Source of the DNA: Octopus bimaculoides
Taxonomy: Eukaryota
DNA: 64,000 bases
NCBI RefSeq assembly: GCF_001194135.2
Contig: NC_068985.1
Location: forward strand, 87,379,502 to 87,443,501
Reading direction: 5' to 3'
Shown here: positions 39,505 through 51,555 of the stretch, one piece after another
How the letters are laid out: each line of letters begins with the position of its first letter
Position numbering within the stretch: the stretch's first letter is position 1
Program-made: the position numbers and the translations under genes
Notes under the pieces: model-generated
The model's input: the letters and a program-made list of their open reading frames with translations, nothing else
What the model was told of the DNA's origin: nothing
Databases searched by the model: none

Positions 39505-39910
39505 GTGGGTTGACAATTCTATTCTACTCTAGGCACAAGGCCTGAAATTTTTTGGGAAGGGGCCAGTCGATTAGATCGATCCCCAGTACGCAACTGGTAC
39601 TTAATTTATCGACCCCGAAATGATGAAAGTCAGACGAAATGCCGCCAAGCATTTCGCTCGGCGTGCCAACGTTTCCTATTTCTTTATTGCCCACCAGGGG
39701 CTAAATATAGAGGGGACAAACAAGGACAGACACATGGATTAAGTCGATTATATCGACCCCAGTGCGTAACTGCTACTTAATTTATCGACCCCGAAAGGAT
39801 GAAAGACTAAGTTGACTTCAGCGGAATTTGAACTCAGAACGTAACGGTAGACGAAATACCGCTAAGCATTTCGCCCGGCGTGCTAACGATTCTACCAGCT
39901 CGCCGCCTTA
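39505..39910 (-). mobile_element. Two tandem SINE C copies with different tails
   Basis: Both carry AACTG.TACTTAATTTATCGACCCCGAAA.GATGAAAG. The tails differ (CCCTTCCC..AAATTTCAGGCCTTGTGCCTAGAG versus TTAATCCATGTGTCTGTCCTTGTTTGTCCCC). Confidence 0.85.
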
Positions 39911-39939
39911 CGTGAGTTGACAATTATGACAGTTACTTT

Positions 39940-40250
39940 GTTGCTGGCCAAACTTAAAAACGCTTTATATGATTCTGATGTGGAAAAAACATTCCAGAGC
40001 TCGAGCAAAAAGATTTGGAAGTGTTAACTATGTGCATGCAGCATATTTTATGAATGTTACCTTGAAAATTCTCAAAGAAAATAAAACAAGTGGAATTGCA
40101 ACTGATGGAAGTAATCACAATTCAATAAAGTTATTTCGTTTAATCAGAACATTAACTGGAAGAATAGTTGTTAAGAGTCAAAACTGATTGAATTAGAGAA
40201 CATATCTAATGAGACTGCAAACTCAATCACAAATTACTTAAAAAAAGAAA
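39940..40250 (+). pseudogene. hAT-superfamily transposase fragment
   Basis: Frameshifted reading AKLKNALYDSDVEKTFQS / RAK...LKILKENKTSGIATDGSNHNSIKLF / LIELENISNETANSIT, resembling the hAT DS.IAK.F.CGRTK...IATDGSN...L.EL...TA..I pattern. Confidence 0.6.
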
Positions 40251-40789
40251 CGGCGAAAAAAAATAGTTTCTGAGAAATGTATTGTATTCACAGGTAACAC
40301 CAGTAATAAATGTTTGGAAGATTCAATGAAGACGGTAATAATGTTTGCAAATTTGAAGAAAATGTTTCAAAAAAATTATTCAATTTGGTGTGGTGTCCAG
40401 TGTGTATTAAAAAGAAATCTATGATCGTCATGCTACAGAAAGAAAGGATAATGATACTGAAAATTGTTTCTGTAAAATTTATCAGTGTTTTCATGTCTAC
40501 ACAGTTTGAAATTAGCAGCTTAAGAAGTATTTTGAATTTTTTGAGGTTGTAAAGGGGAATCCTCTCTCATGGTATAAAACTAGCTGGTTATTACTATTGC
40601 TTGACATCACCAGCTTAAAAGAGATTTTCTGCTATAATGTAATTCTTTTTTATATTCCATAATTAGTGAGAGACCGGTATTAAAAAATATATAATTCATC
40701 CGAAGATTAAAAGAAGAATGCATACTTAGAAACTATTGCATAAATGTTGGAAAATGTAGTCTGCAAAACAAAGAAATCATAGCAAAAAT

Positions 40790-41530
40790 GTTATGATTTA
40801 TTCAGAAGGGGGAACCTGTAAATATTCCCATTTTGTGTACGCTGCAGATTGCACGAAACACAACTTGATTTATGTTGGTTGTACAACAGAACAATTAAAC
40901 AAAAGGTTGAATGGGCACAGATTCGACGTCAGGCACAAGAACAGTAGTTCAACAGAACTTGCTGAACATTTCGTTTCAAGCGGCAGCAGATTTGAAGAAG
41001 ATTTTGAAAGTGCATATTCTGAAAAAATATTCTGAATCTACCTCACTTTCACTTCTCAGAATGTATGAGGAGAAATATGTTTGCGGGTTATTAACATCAC
41101 GCCCTGNNNNNNNNNNNNNNNNNNNNNNNNNNNNNNNNNNNNNNNNNNNNNNNNNNNNNNNNNNNNNNNNNNNNNNNNNNNNNNNNNNNNNNNNNNNNNN
41201 NNNNNNNNNNNNNNNNNNNNNNNNNNNNNNNNNNNNNNNNNNNNNNNNNNNNNNNNNNNNNNNNNNNNNNNNNNNNNNNNNNNNNNNNNNNNNNNNNNNN
41301 NNNNNNNNNNNNNNNNNNNNNNNNNNNNNNNNNNNNNNNNNNNNNTTCTTTCTTTCTGCCTGTTATAAAACTTAAAAACTGATGTCATTCCGTCAACGTA
41401 TGGACGCTGGTTACTCTCGTTCATAGTTTACGTTTAAATTTCTGAAATTTTGAATTTTTAATCACCTTTTGTTTTGAACTTGACAAAGACAGACGTACTG
41501 TCGAAATATTGTTCAACGAATGAAGCATCT
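40790..41530 (+). mobile_element. Penelope-like element 3' end: GIY-YIG endonuclease plus terminal repeat
   Basis: GTCKYSHFVYAADCTKHNLIYVGCTTEQLNKRLNGHRFDVRHKNSSSTELAEHF, then (frameshift) KVHILKK...RMYEEKYVCGLLTSRP; gap; hammerhead-like motif at 41476-41514. Confidence 0.85.
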
Positions 41531-41560
41531 ATACAATCGAATCGCACTCTTCGTCTTGAC

Positions 41561-41611
<51 letters not shown>

Positions 41612-41629
41612 GATAATAATTTTATCTAT

Positions 41630-41860
41630 TACATGTACCGGGTTTGAAAATGTGGAGGTAGAGGACTTGTCGATTACATCACCGCCAGTGCCCAGTTGGT
41701 ATTTATGTCATGGACCACAAAAGGTTACGAGGCTAAATCGATCTCCACGTAATTTGAACTCGGAATTTAAAGGGCAAGTAATTTACAGGTGAGGTAACGA
41801 TTCTGACACCCAGCAATAATAACATTTGTTGCAAATTAAGGCACAAGGTCAGTGGTGTTG
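41630..41860 (-). mobile_element. Degenerate SINE C
   Basis: CCCAGTTGGTATTTATGTC...GTAATTTGAACTCGGAA motifs. Confidence 0.5.
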
Positions 41861-41987
41861 GGGGCACAGGTCAGTCGTCAAAATCACGTGATCTGGCAGT
41901 TCCGGCACCCGTAGCAGACAATTCTGTCTACTAACGATATAATAGGAGTGCTTTTATGTGCAAAACATCCATACGAGAGATCCTTGA

Positions 41988-42248
41988 GGCACTCGGAGCA
42001 CTAACAATCAAGTTCGAGTAATATGTCAAAAAAATCGGAATTTGTCATGAGAACAGAGCAAGCCTCAAAAACTGCTTTTTTGTGGACACCTAGAATTTTG
42101 AGATTGGTACGTGGATGCTACGATAATTAACAACAAAATATCAAAACTTAAAATGTGTACAAAGAGACCCTGTGAGACTTCTGGCACAGGCTGCTGTCCG
42201 CTCTCACAGAATCAACCAGAGCAAACAAGACTGAGTGCTCTGAAAAGT
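41988..42248 (+). mobile_element. R4/Dong-like retrotransposon 3' fragment 1
   Basis: Frameshifted reading ALGALTIKFE*YVKKIGI..RTEQA.KTAFLWTPRILRLV, then 3' UTR ending in (CAA)n/(TAA)n. Confidence 0.65.
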
Positions 42249-42249
42249 A

Positions 42250-42278
42250 AAACAACAACAACAACAACAACAACAAAT

Positions 42279-42341
<63 letters not shown>

Positions 42342-42344
42342 TTA

Positions 42345-42411
<67 letters not shown>

Positions 42412-42424
42412 TATAATAATAATA

Positions 42425-42477
<53 letters not shown>

Positions 42478-42495
42478 TAATAATAATAATAAAAT
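42250..42495. repeat. Long (AAT)n microsatellite
   Basis: Direct reading. Confidence 0.98.
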
Positions 42496-42832
42496 TGAGG
42501 TAACTTGAATGTGGAATCTAACAAAATACAAAGACCTGGAAATGGAGGTAACTCGAATGTGGAATCTAAAAACAGAAACAATTCCTATTATAGTAGGTGC
42601 CTTAGGTATAATAAAAAATATTCAGACAAATACGTAGCAAAAACACCAGGACTTACAAATATATATAAAATACAGAAAATTGCACTACTGGGCACTGCAC
42701 ACATCCTACGCAAAACACTTTCAATACAGTAACCATAAGAGCACCACAGCAAACCACAGCACATACCCAAGGCGCACAGAGCTACGCTCGGTAGTGAAGT
42801 GAAAGCACGTTATAAAAATAAAACTACTGAAC
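42496..42832 (+). mobile_element. R4/Dong-like retrotransposon 3' fragment 2
   Basis: KYKDLEMEVTRMWNLKTETIPIIVGALGIIKKYSDKYVAKTPGLTNIYKIQKIALLGTAHILRKTLSIQ*, then UTR and (AAT)n. Confidence 0.8.
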
Positions 42833-42859
42833 AATAATAATAATAATAGTGATGAAATG

Positions 42860-44170
42860 ATGTGACGAGGAAAGTTTGCTAGGACAGAAGGCATATAGTT
42901 GCCAAGTGGTGAAATGATGAAGACAATTCAACCTCAATCTAACTATAAATACCTGGAAATACTAGAGACAGATGGAATCAAACACCACAACATGACGGAA
43001 AAGACAAAAAGAGAGTACTTGTAGCGAGTGAGAAAATATTGGCTTCAAAGCTGAATGTCGGCAACATTATTTCGGCAATAAACTCGCGCGTAGTCGCAGT
43101 CGTTCGGTATGGTGCTGGAATCATGAAGTGGACAGAAGAGGAGCTAAAGGAGATGGACAGGAAGTCAAGAAAGCTCCTAACGATGCATAGAGCCCATTGT
43201 TCACGTGCAGTCATTGATCGCATATACATGAAGAGAGCAAATGGAAGAAGGGGAGTGATAGGTGTGGAAGACTGTGTGCGTATCGAACTGGAAAGCTTAG
43301 TGAGATACCTGTCCCAAAGTAAGGAAACCTTGCTAGCGATAATTAGGAACGAGGGAGTATTGAGAGCAGAGAAAAAAGGGAAAACATAGGTGGGATTGGC
43401 TGAGGAAAGGAACCCTAAAAAAAGAGACCAAGAGCAATATACTGGTGGTGCAAGATCAAGTTTTGGCCATGGATTGGAGGGTCAACCTTAGGAATGAGCA
43501 AGTGTCGCTGCTGTGCCGCATCTACAATAGAGTGGATGAAACCATTGCCCATATCACGAACAAATGCCCTCGACTTTGCCCCAAACCACTACAAATTGTG
43601 GCGACATGACCAAATTGCGAAAGTGCTACACAGGAAAATGTGCGAAAAGTGGGGGCTAGAATGAGGAAAGACGTGGTATGAGCAGAAACCGCGGAGATTG
43701 GCGGAGTTGGAGGCTAGCAAAATCCTCTGGGATTTCCCAATCCAAACAGATCAGGTGCTAGAGCATAACAGACCGGACCTAGAGGAGGTGGACAAGGTGC
43801 ACCACATATGCTATATAGTTGATGTTGCATGCTCCTTTGACCCACGAATGGACAAGAAGGAAAGCGAAAAGATAGATACAACTCTCTTCAGTACGAAATA
43901 GCCCGGCTATGTAAAATGAAGAAGGTGAACATAGTGTCAATTATTGTTGGGTCTTTGGAAACAGTATCAGAAGGCATCAAGAGGAATATAAAAGAAATTG
44001 GAATAGAGTGTCCAGTAGAACTGTTACAAAAGTTTACCTGCTTGGCACGACCTGAATGATCAGGAATGTATTAAGTAGCTGAAAAGAACGGATAACATGG
44101 TACCGTAAACTGCATGTCGTAAACCCGCTACGTATGCAAGCTCCAACAAAACCTGTGATAAAGAGAAATG
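42860..44170 (+). mobile_element. R4/Dong-like non-LTR retrotransposon (restriction-like endonuclease type), 5'-truncated and degraded
   Basis: YKYLEILE..., KLNVGNIISAINSRVVAVVRYGAGIMKWTEEELKEMDRKSRKLLT, CCHC-like knuckle region (..CRLC...ETIAHI..KC), RHDQIAKVLH, ILWDFPIQTD..LEHNRPD...IVDVAC..D..KESEK. Flanked by (AAT)n on both sides. Confidence 0.88.
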
Positions 44171-45479
44171 ATAATAATAAGACATGTCATTAGATTAATT
44201 ATAAAAACTTACAAACAAATACTGACTTGAAACTTCTAGTATTTTAACACATAAAACAACACATTATACAACAAACAACTCTACATCTAGCCCACGTTTT
44301 ATGTTGAGTACTTTCCATACATTATTGCAATACAATGCAGCAAAGAAAACTGAAGGAAACAGATTACTAAAACAAATTACCCGATATATGCAAAAGCTCA
44401 CAGTAGTACTGTGAAAGCACGCAATAAACATAAGACTACTGGAAAAATAATAATTTCTAAGTGAATCAGAATGGCATAGACTTTTGAGAAGAGCTTTGTT
44501 CAGTTTATTATCCCGAGTTTATTATATTTGATTCGTACATATCTTATTAACCTCTGGCAAGATGAGAAAGCAAATAAATAAGCCTCGTTCGGATGCTTTA
44601 TTCAGAATCTAAAGGGACATAACTAAATAATGCAACAACGTTTTTAATTCATTGTTCTACTGCTTCTGCCATTCATTATCTACACGTCTGGATAACATCA
44701 CAAAGCTGTTTTATGCAAAAACCATTTCCAAACACACGGAACGGAAACTGGATTCCACGGTTTTTCACCTTGTTTTTATGTATTTTTTAAAGATCCTAAC
44801 TCTATCTAATATATTTTTACTGACCCTCATATCTAAAGATTTTAATTAATCAAACCAATAAATATTCATGAAATGCAACCTAGAAATGAGCTCGTTATCT
44901 AACTCTTTGTCATTGATGAAGAAGTATCTAGGATTTCTCTTTATGCCACTTTTGGGGAGGCATTTGAAAAAGTTCGTTTGATATCTCAACTGCATATAAA
45001 TTACAAAGTTATGGGGGTTTCAGTTGATTGATATTCCAGCATCAAAGGTAAACATTTAAAGGCACCAGCTTAGGTTATACCACTAAAGTCAAGTACAGTA
45101 TTGATAATGTATCTAGTAAATGATCTGATACTAATGACAGAGCAGTGGGAAAAGACAATTTCTGTCCAAACGGCATTATTATTATTATTATATTGGACAA
45201 ATATTCCATAATTACAGTCAGATATCATAACATCGACATATCAGAAAACGCACTTAATTAAATTTTCTTTCTCCAGAGAATCCGATATATCTTCCTGACA
45301 AGCAACTAAATGTTGTTTGTTTTGAAAGATATTACAGGATCTAAGGCATAGCAAATTGCAATAATACCCAAGCTGCTTTGTTTCATTGTTCATTGGTGCT
45401 ACAATCAACACGGAGAAACAAAATTCATATAAGTGTATATGTGTGTATGCATGCACATATATAACTAGTAATAGTAGTA

Positions 45480-45509
45480 TTGGTGGTGGTGGTGGTGCTG
45501 CTGGTGTTG

Positions 45510-45581
<72 letters not shown>

Positions 45582-45582
45582 T
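45480..45582. repeat. (GGT)n/(TAG)n microsatellite
   Basis: Direct reading. Confidence 0.95.
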
Positions 45583-45719
45583 ATGATGCTAGATGGCAGA
45601 ATAAATAGAAAGTTTGTCAAAATACCTTTCATTCTTTCGTAGTTGTTAAATTAAGCTGTGGTCAAGTATTATGGTTTGATTGAGTCAGATTAACCTCCTC
45701 CACTCTTTGTCTGTCTGTT

Positions 45720-45755
<36 letters not shown>

Positions 45756-45765
45756 NNNNNNNNNN

Positions 45766-45912
45766 GTAACTTAGCGGTTCGGCAAAACAGACCGATAGAA
45801 TAAGTACTAGGCTTTAAAAAAAATAATACCCTGGGTCGATGTCATTGACTAAAACCCTTCAAGGAAGTGCTCCAGCATGGTCGCAGTCGAATGGCTGAAG
45901 TGAAAGATAAAA
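45766..45912 (+). mobile_element. SINE B tail
   Basis: GTAACTTAGCGGTTCGGCAAAACAGACCGATAGAATAAGTACTAGGCTT. Confidence 0.8.
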
Positions 45913-46278
45913 GATATACGCAAACGTATTTCTACACACACATAAATTCGTACACATACACGCATTACATATACATACACCAAACAACCAAGCTACACCC
46001 ATATAAATACATTCAGTTAAGCAGAGAAACACACACACACACGAGGAGGTGGTGGTGGTGGTGGCGGAGGTGGTGGTGGTGGATGTGGTGACACCATATA
46101 CGATACCCCATATGGGCGACAATGAACTCGGTGCTTGCGTACCGAACGGCTGATGCGTCTGAGAATGAGTCTTCCATATATGTTTTTATATATCGTTGTA
46201 GATATACACATCACAAGCTCGCACCACCAGCACCACTATCAGAATCATTAATATGACTCTCCCCGGTGCCGTGCTTAC

Positions 46279-46320
46279 CATTTTAATATTCATTGCCACT
46301 GCGACCAATGTACTTTATGT
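46279..46320 (-). CDS. Candidate start-codon exon (5' UTR + M or MNIKM, ending AAAATG|GTAAGC)
   Basis: Acceptor CTCCTTTTCTGCATTTTAG|, donor ATG|GTAAGCAC. All three frames contain an internal stop, consistent with a UTR-to-CDS exon. Confidence 0.4.
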
Positions 46321-46404
46321 CTAAAATGCAGAAAAGGAGACGACCGAACGAGATTTGAATGGGAGAGATAGAGAGAGAGAGAGAGAAGAAAAAAACAGTA
46401 AGCT

Positions 46405-46425
46405 GATGGAAGTTATGACGTCATT
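46405..46425. promoter_or_regulatory. Perfect CRE palindrome (ATGACGTCAT) with adjacent GGAAGT
   Basis: 46415-46424, about 95 bp upstream of the candidate minus-strand exon. Confidence 0.35.
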
Positions 46426-46574
46426 GTGATGATAACCGAACCACCACCCCCTCCTTCTACAACCGATCTACTACTATATACCCGTAAACACCTGCACATC
46501 TACACACACATATACATACATATTCACACACATACATGCGTGAGCGCATTTTTATTAATATTTAGCAGACGTAA

Positions 46575-46705
46575 CGGAGTGACTTAAGGTCTGACAGAAA
46601 CGTTAGCACGCCAGGCAAAATGCTTGGTGGTATTTCGTCTGTCTTTAGGTTCTGAGTTCAAATCCCGCCGAGGTCAACTTTGCCTTTCATCCTTTCATCC
46701 AACTC
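46575..46705 (+). mobile_element. SINE C head
   Basis: GACAGAAACGTTAGCACGCCAGGC...TTCTGAGTTCAAATCCCGCCGAGGTCAACTTTGCCTTTCATCC. Confidence 0.8.
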
Positions 46706-47199
46706 TCCCCAATCAAACCCTCGTCAACGTTTTCAAGCTTCATCTGAGGAATGGCGGTAAAGAGGAAGGTACTCCCCCCCCCACACCAAAATGTAGTAAA
46801 CCTTAGGTGTAGCCAGAGAATCTGGGACGTATGCCTGAGTAGTTCTTGAATTATACCAAAATATTGCAGGAGAGAGTGAGGAATTTACAGGAGTGAATTT
46901 ACAGAATTGAATATTGATCATGCAATTGCTTTTTCTTTTAATTAACCATTTTATTCCTACTGGTTAGAGTTGATCTTGCTTGCATCACCACAAACGTAGG
47001 CTCTAGTGTCATAAGAATGTTTTGAGGAATGTTGGTAGTTGCCCATGCATGCAGGTCTCCTCTCGCCATGTAACCAATGTTTATCCAATGGAATGGTCAA
47101 GCTGATACATCTTGGAAATAGAATAGTCATGATACAGATACTGCAAGAAATCTTATTTGATCTTCTTGCAGTTCCACCAACACAACTCGTTCGTTTAGT

Positions 47200-47480
47200 A
47201 TTTTTTATCGACTTCGGGAGAGTCAAAACCAAGCATTAACTTCAACAGTATTTGAACTCACAACGGCGGCGAGTTGACAGAAACGTTAGCATGCCGGGTG
47301 AAGTGCTTAGCAGTATTTCGTCTGTTTTTACGTTCTGAGTTCAAATTCCGACTAGGTCGACTTTGCCATTCATCCTTTCGGGGTCAATGAATTAAGTACC
47401 AGTTGCATACTGGAGATCGATCTAATCGACTGGCCCCCTCTTCAAAATTTTTGGGCCTTATGCCTAGAGTAGAAAATAAT
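47200..47480 (+). mobile_element. SINE C full copy (47264-47480) preceded by an antisense fragment
   Basis: GGCGGCGAGTTGACAGAAACGTTAGC...GAGTTCAAATTCC...GGGCCTTATGCCTAGAGTAGAA. Confidence 0.85.
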
Positions 47481-49118
47481 ATTTGAACTCACAGCACGGG
47501 GAACCGGAACAGAATATCACGATGTTTTATCCTTTTAAACCATCCGCCAGTTTGTCTACCTTCGTATCTAACAGATTAATGTCAATCCTAGAGTTAACTC
47601 ACACAGAAGGGAAGCGTGAGTGCAGGTTAATTTTCTTTCTATCGATCCGTCGAACAAAATTCTGGCAGTTGTATTTATATATCTCTGCTCAGCAGCTTTA
47701 CTAGCTACAACATAATGTCAGGCATTAGATTTGAACTTACAAAATATGTACTCCGGAACCATCGATATATTTTTGTACCATTCGAACGTTTTCAATAGTG
47801 GTGTTGAGACTTAATCTAAATGGAAAAAAAATTCATTCTCACATTTACAGAATCTATTTCTATGTTTGTTGACATTTGAACATAGGCTATACATATCACC
47901 AAACAAACACAAAGAAAGAAAAAAAGACAAACATTAGAAAATAGAAAGAAAATCTTAATTGTAAAGAAAAACAACTTGGAAATGGAATGGCAACAGAATG
48001 CCAAGTATAATTAAAAGGTGTAAATTGAAAATTTAATAAATTTTACCAGAAATCCTTTCAGTCATATTTGCAATATCATTTTTGCAAATTTTTAAGAAAA
48101 GAAAAATTTTTTTCGCCTACAAATACACAAATATGCAATATTTGATTTCTTAGATTTTATTAACAGAACATTTATGAATATAGTCTGTCCTCTTATTGAA
48201 CATCATTATGTTTTATTAATAAATAATAGTGTATGTATTTATGTACGTAGCTACGTGTGTACACAAACGTATACGGATAGATGTGTGTATATATCGGCAT
48301 ATATGATTATACACACACACACACATACACATAGACGTATACACATACTTTTACACAAATATTTGCGAACAAGGCTGAAAAACCTAATAAAGTTTATGCA
48401 AAATTTGAATATTGCTTTTGGCATTCGCATGAGTATATATGTAAATGTATATTAATGTGTGTACGAATGAGGGAACATTCTTGGAAAAATCCTCTAGGAA
48501 TCCCGAGCAGTGTGATATAGAACCATGACTTTAGATTTAACTATGTACAGGAATTATTGACTCTAAGGACAAACTGGTAATAAAAAAGTGAACAAGTCGG
48601 CTGTTTTCATGAATTTATTTAACAGATTTTGTTTTGTTTACTTATTGGGTAAAGGAGTAGAACCATTTCTCTTCGAATGATCTTCTAAACCTGTGAGGTA
48701 ATGCCATAAATATTCCTATTGAAGCGTTGAAATTAACACAGAAGGAAAGGCATTGGGCGGGGGGGGGGTTATTCTAGAGAGCAGACGTTGAGGGTTTCAT
48801 GAAACGGGTGCAGTGATTAGTGCAAAGTCGCTGAAGGTAGGGTTTATACAACAAATGTAATGGAAGGAAGGGAGACGCGTACGGTAGCAATATCTGAGTT
48901 GCGGTGACATGAACTAGCTCCGGGAAGTAGAAAACATTAAAGTAGTATCAGAAATGACAGAAAAAGATGACAACTGCATATTTGACGATTCTATAAAGTT
49001 TGTCTCTAAACGCCACACTCCTCTTGGCCATACAACGTACAAATATTTCCAAACACATCAACACTATACAATAATACATTCTCCTCTTGTAAACACACTT
49101 CCCCACTGATTATCTTAC

Positions 49119-49169
49119 ATTTTGTTGAGGGCGGCAGCAGCGTAGAGCTTCGCTCTCGGAATAAGAAAG
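49119..49169 (-). other. Candidate non-coding first exon (pyrimidine-rich start, GC-rich, AT|GTAAGA donor)
   Basis: Minus strand CTTTCTTATTCCGAGAGCGAAGCTCTACGCTGCTGCCGCCCTCAACAAAAT|GTAAGA, with CpG-rich non-repeat sequence at 48760-48930. Confidence 0.25.
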
Positions 49170-49451
49170 TTGTACAACATATCAGGGAATATTTAAATGG
49201 GTTGGTCTATAACTACAAACGGGATCAAGATGAACAGATGAAAGATTACAGATTTTTAAGTGTTAAATAAATACATACACAAACACGCACGCACACATAC
49301 AGACACATATATACACACACACACACACACATACATAGGACTTTCATTTTGCTGATTTTCGAGGACGAGTATGGTTCAAAATGATCGTATTGCGAACTAT
49401 TAACTATTATCCATCTTTCAATATATTTGTCTACCTGTCTGTCTGTCTATC

Positions 49452-49520
<69 letters not shown>

Positions 49521-49527
49521 GTCTGTC

Positions 49528-49560
<33 letters not shown>

Positions 49561-49574
49561 CTGTCTGTCTATCT

Positions 49575-49975
49575 ATCGTCTCCTTAGCCGAACTGCAGTA
49601 GTGGATTAAACAGAGACCTAGGCTAGGTGAATGGCACCGTGAGTGCCGCGTTGCTCTCAAGCAACTGTGCCGTCTGGGACCAAACTTGCGCAACTTTAAT
49701 TCCACAAAAGCGTTCTATAGAGGATTAGTGGAAGAGAGGTGTGACGACGATCTTGGGCAGAAGCTGGGCGTCGACGAGGAACACCTGACCTGCCTATTCA
49801 GGACAACTTTCGGGCCGGGACCTATGGACAACCACCAAAGATCCCTGGCCTGGCAGTGCTATCGAGAAGCATTACCCGTTCGGGATAAGCTGTACATGCA
49901 CGGTTCTATACACACCGGACTGACCTGCCCGAGATGCGGTCAGAGTGACGAACCCGTTCTGCACGCACTCTTGAA
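49575..49975 (+). mobile_element. L1/Tx1-clade LINE fragment, C-terminal zinc-binding (zf-RVT-like) region
   Basis: RSLAWQCYREALPVRDKLYMHGSIHTGLTCPRCGQSDEPVLHAL fits the W...LP.R..L......CP.CG..E...H pattern; markedly GC-richer than its flanks. Confidence 0.75.
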
Positions 49976-49984
49976 GACGTTGAG

Positions 49985-50215
49985 GAAATATTAAATATTA
50001 TCAGGAGATGCCATATACGTTGGTGATCTTTCATCGTAATTCCTTGTATCTGTTGTCAAAAGTCTTGTTGAAGTCTACATAGCTGACTCAGAAAGCCTGC
50101 CGGAATTCTATGCACGGTTCCACGACTTTTATAAGGGTGATGATTTTCTCTGCAAGAGTGGCTAGATTGAAATCCTGCTTTTCTCTCCATATTACATTAA
50201 CGCCCTCTCCAACCC
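49985..50215 (-). mobile_element. RTE-clade LINE reverse transcriptase fragment
   Basis: KAGFQSSHSCRE / IITLIKVVEPCIEFRQAF*VSYVDFNKTFDN / VYGIS, resembling RT QAGFR..RSC.DQIFTL...E...E......FVDF.KAFD...YGIP. Confidence 0.65.
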
Positions 50216-51403
50216 TGATCAGTAAAACAATACAGACAGATTTCCTTCAAATGGAATCGTAAAATCAGATATATTACCAGAATAAAAATACTGAGAAATT
50301 TGCAGAAGTGAGTTCCTTTAAACTGGAGAATTAAAAAGTAAGATTGAAAGTCGTAACGTAACGTAAACAAAGTGAGTGAAATCTTCGATGGAACAAAAAT
50401 AATTTCCTGTAAATTAAATAACAGTTTGTTACATTGTAAAATAACGATTATTTCGACTTCTTCCACAGTTAAATAATAGTTTTCCACAAAACATAAAAAG
50501 TGAACATGAATACCATTGATTACGATTTTTTAGATTCACAACGAATGCAAACATTATGAATATTTGAATTATTTGAAAGACTATATGAAGTTAGGTTTTA
50601 GGTAAATAATTATGTTTCTATATACATATAGACAGCTATTCATAAATATACATATGCACACAAAAATATATACATACAATCAACTTTTTATACTACTAAT
50701 GTAAACAATTTTGAATGAACAAATGATGAATGTATGGTTTATGTAGGCCGGTATCTTATAAATTATATGTACATATTTTATAAAATGTTTTCATTGTACT
50801 CCAATTATTATGAACGAATAAACAAATTAGCTCTGTTTTTTGTATTTCTCCCCCTTTACAATATTTTTCAAATTCAAACGTTGATATGTTATGATGAAAT
50901 ATTTCTAAGCCAGCTTTATGGAATCCATTAGCAGAGTGAAAGACAAATCTCTGGTGATTTGACGGTAATTTTAACTCATCTTAGAAACATCAATAGCTAT
51001 GTAACTACTTCAAGCTTTAATTTTGTTTGTATGTATAAATGCATGTATGGACATATATATATACATAAGCGCGCGCGCACACTTACACACACACACACAC
51101 ACACGTACATACATACACACCCACACATGTATATGCAAAGTATATATGTTGTGTACGTAATAGTAATTTCGAAATTTCGACCGATATGAAACAAATAGTT
51201 TAAGCGATGGAACTCGAAGCAGAAAAATCTATAAATAATAGCTTCTAGAATCTCTGGTTAAAAACCCCATTGCGCGGAAAAAATCGAAGAATGCATCTGA
51301 CTCTTCCCATTCAAGGATATCATGATCCAATATTTGACATACATACATACACACATATATACACGTGAGAAACATTGAGAAAAGGCTTAAAATGCTTCAT
51401 CTC

Positions 51404-51555
<152 letters not shown>

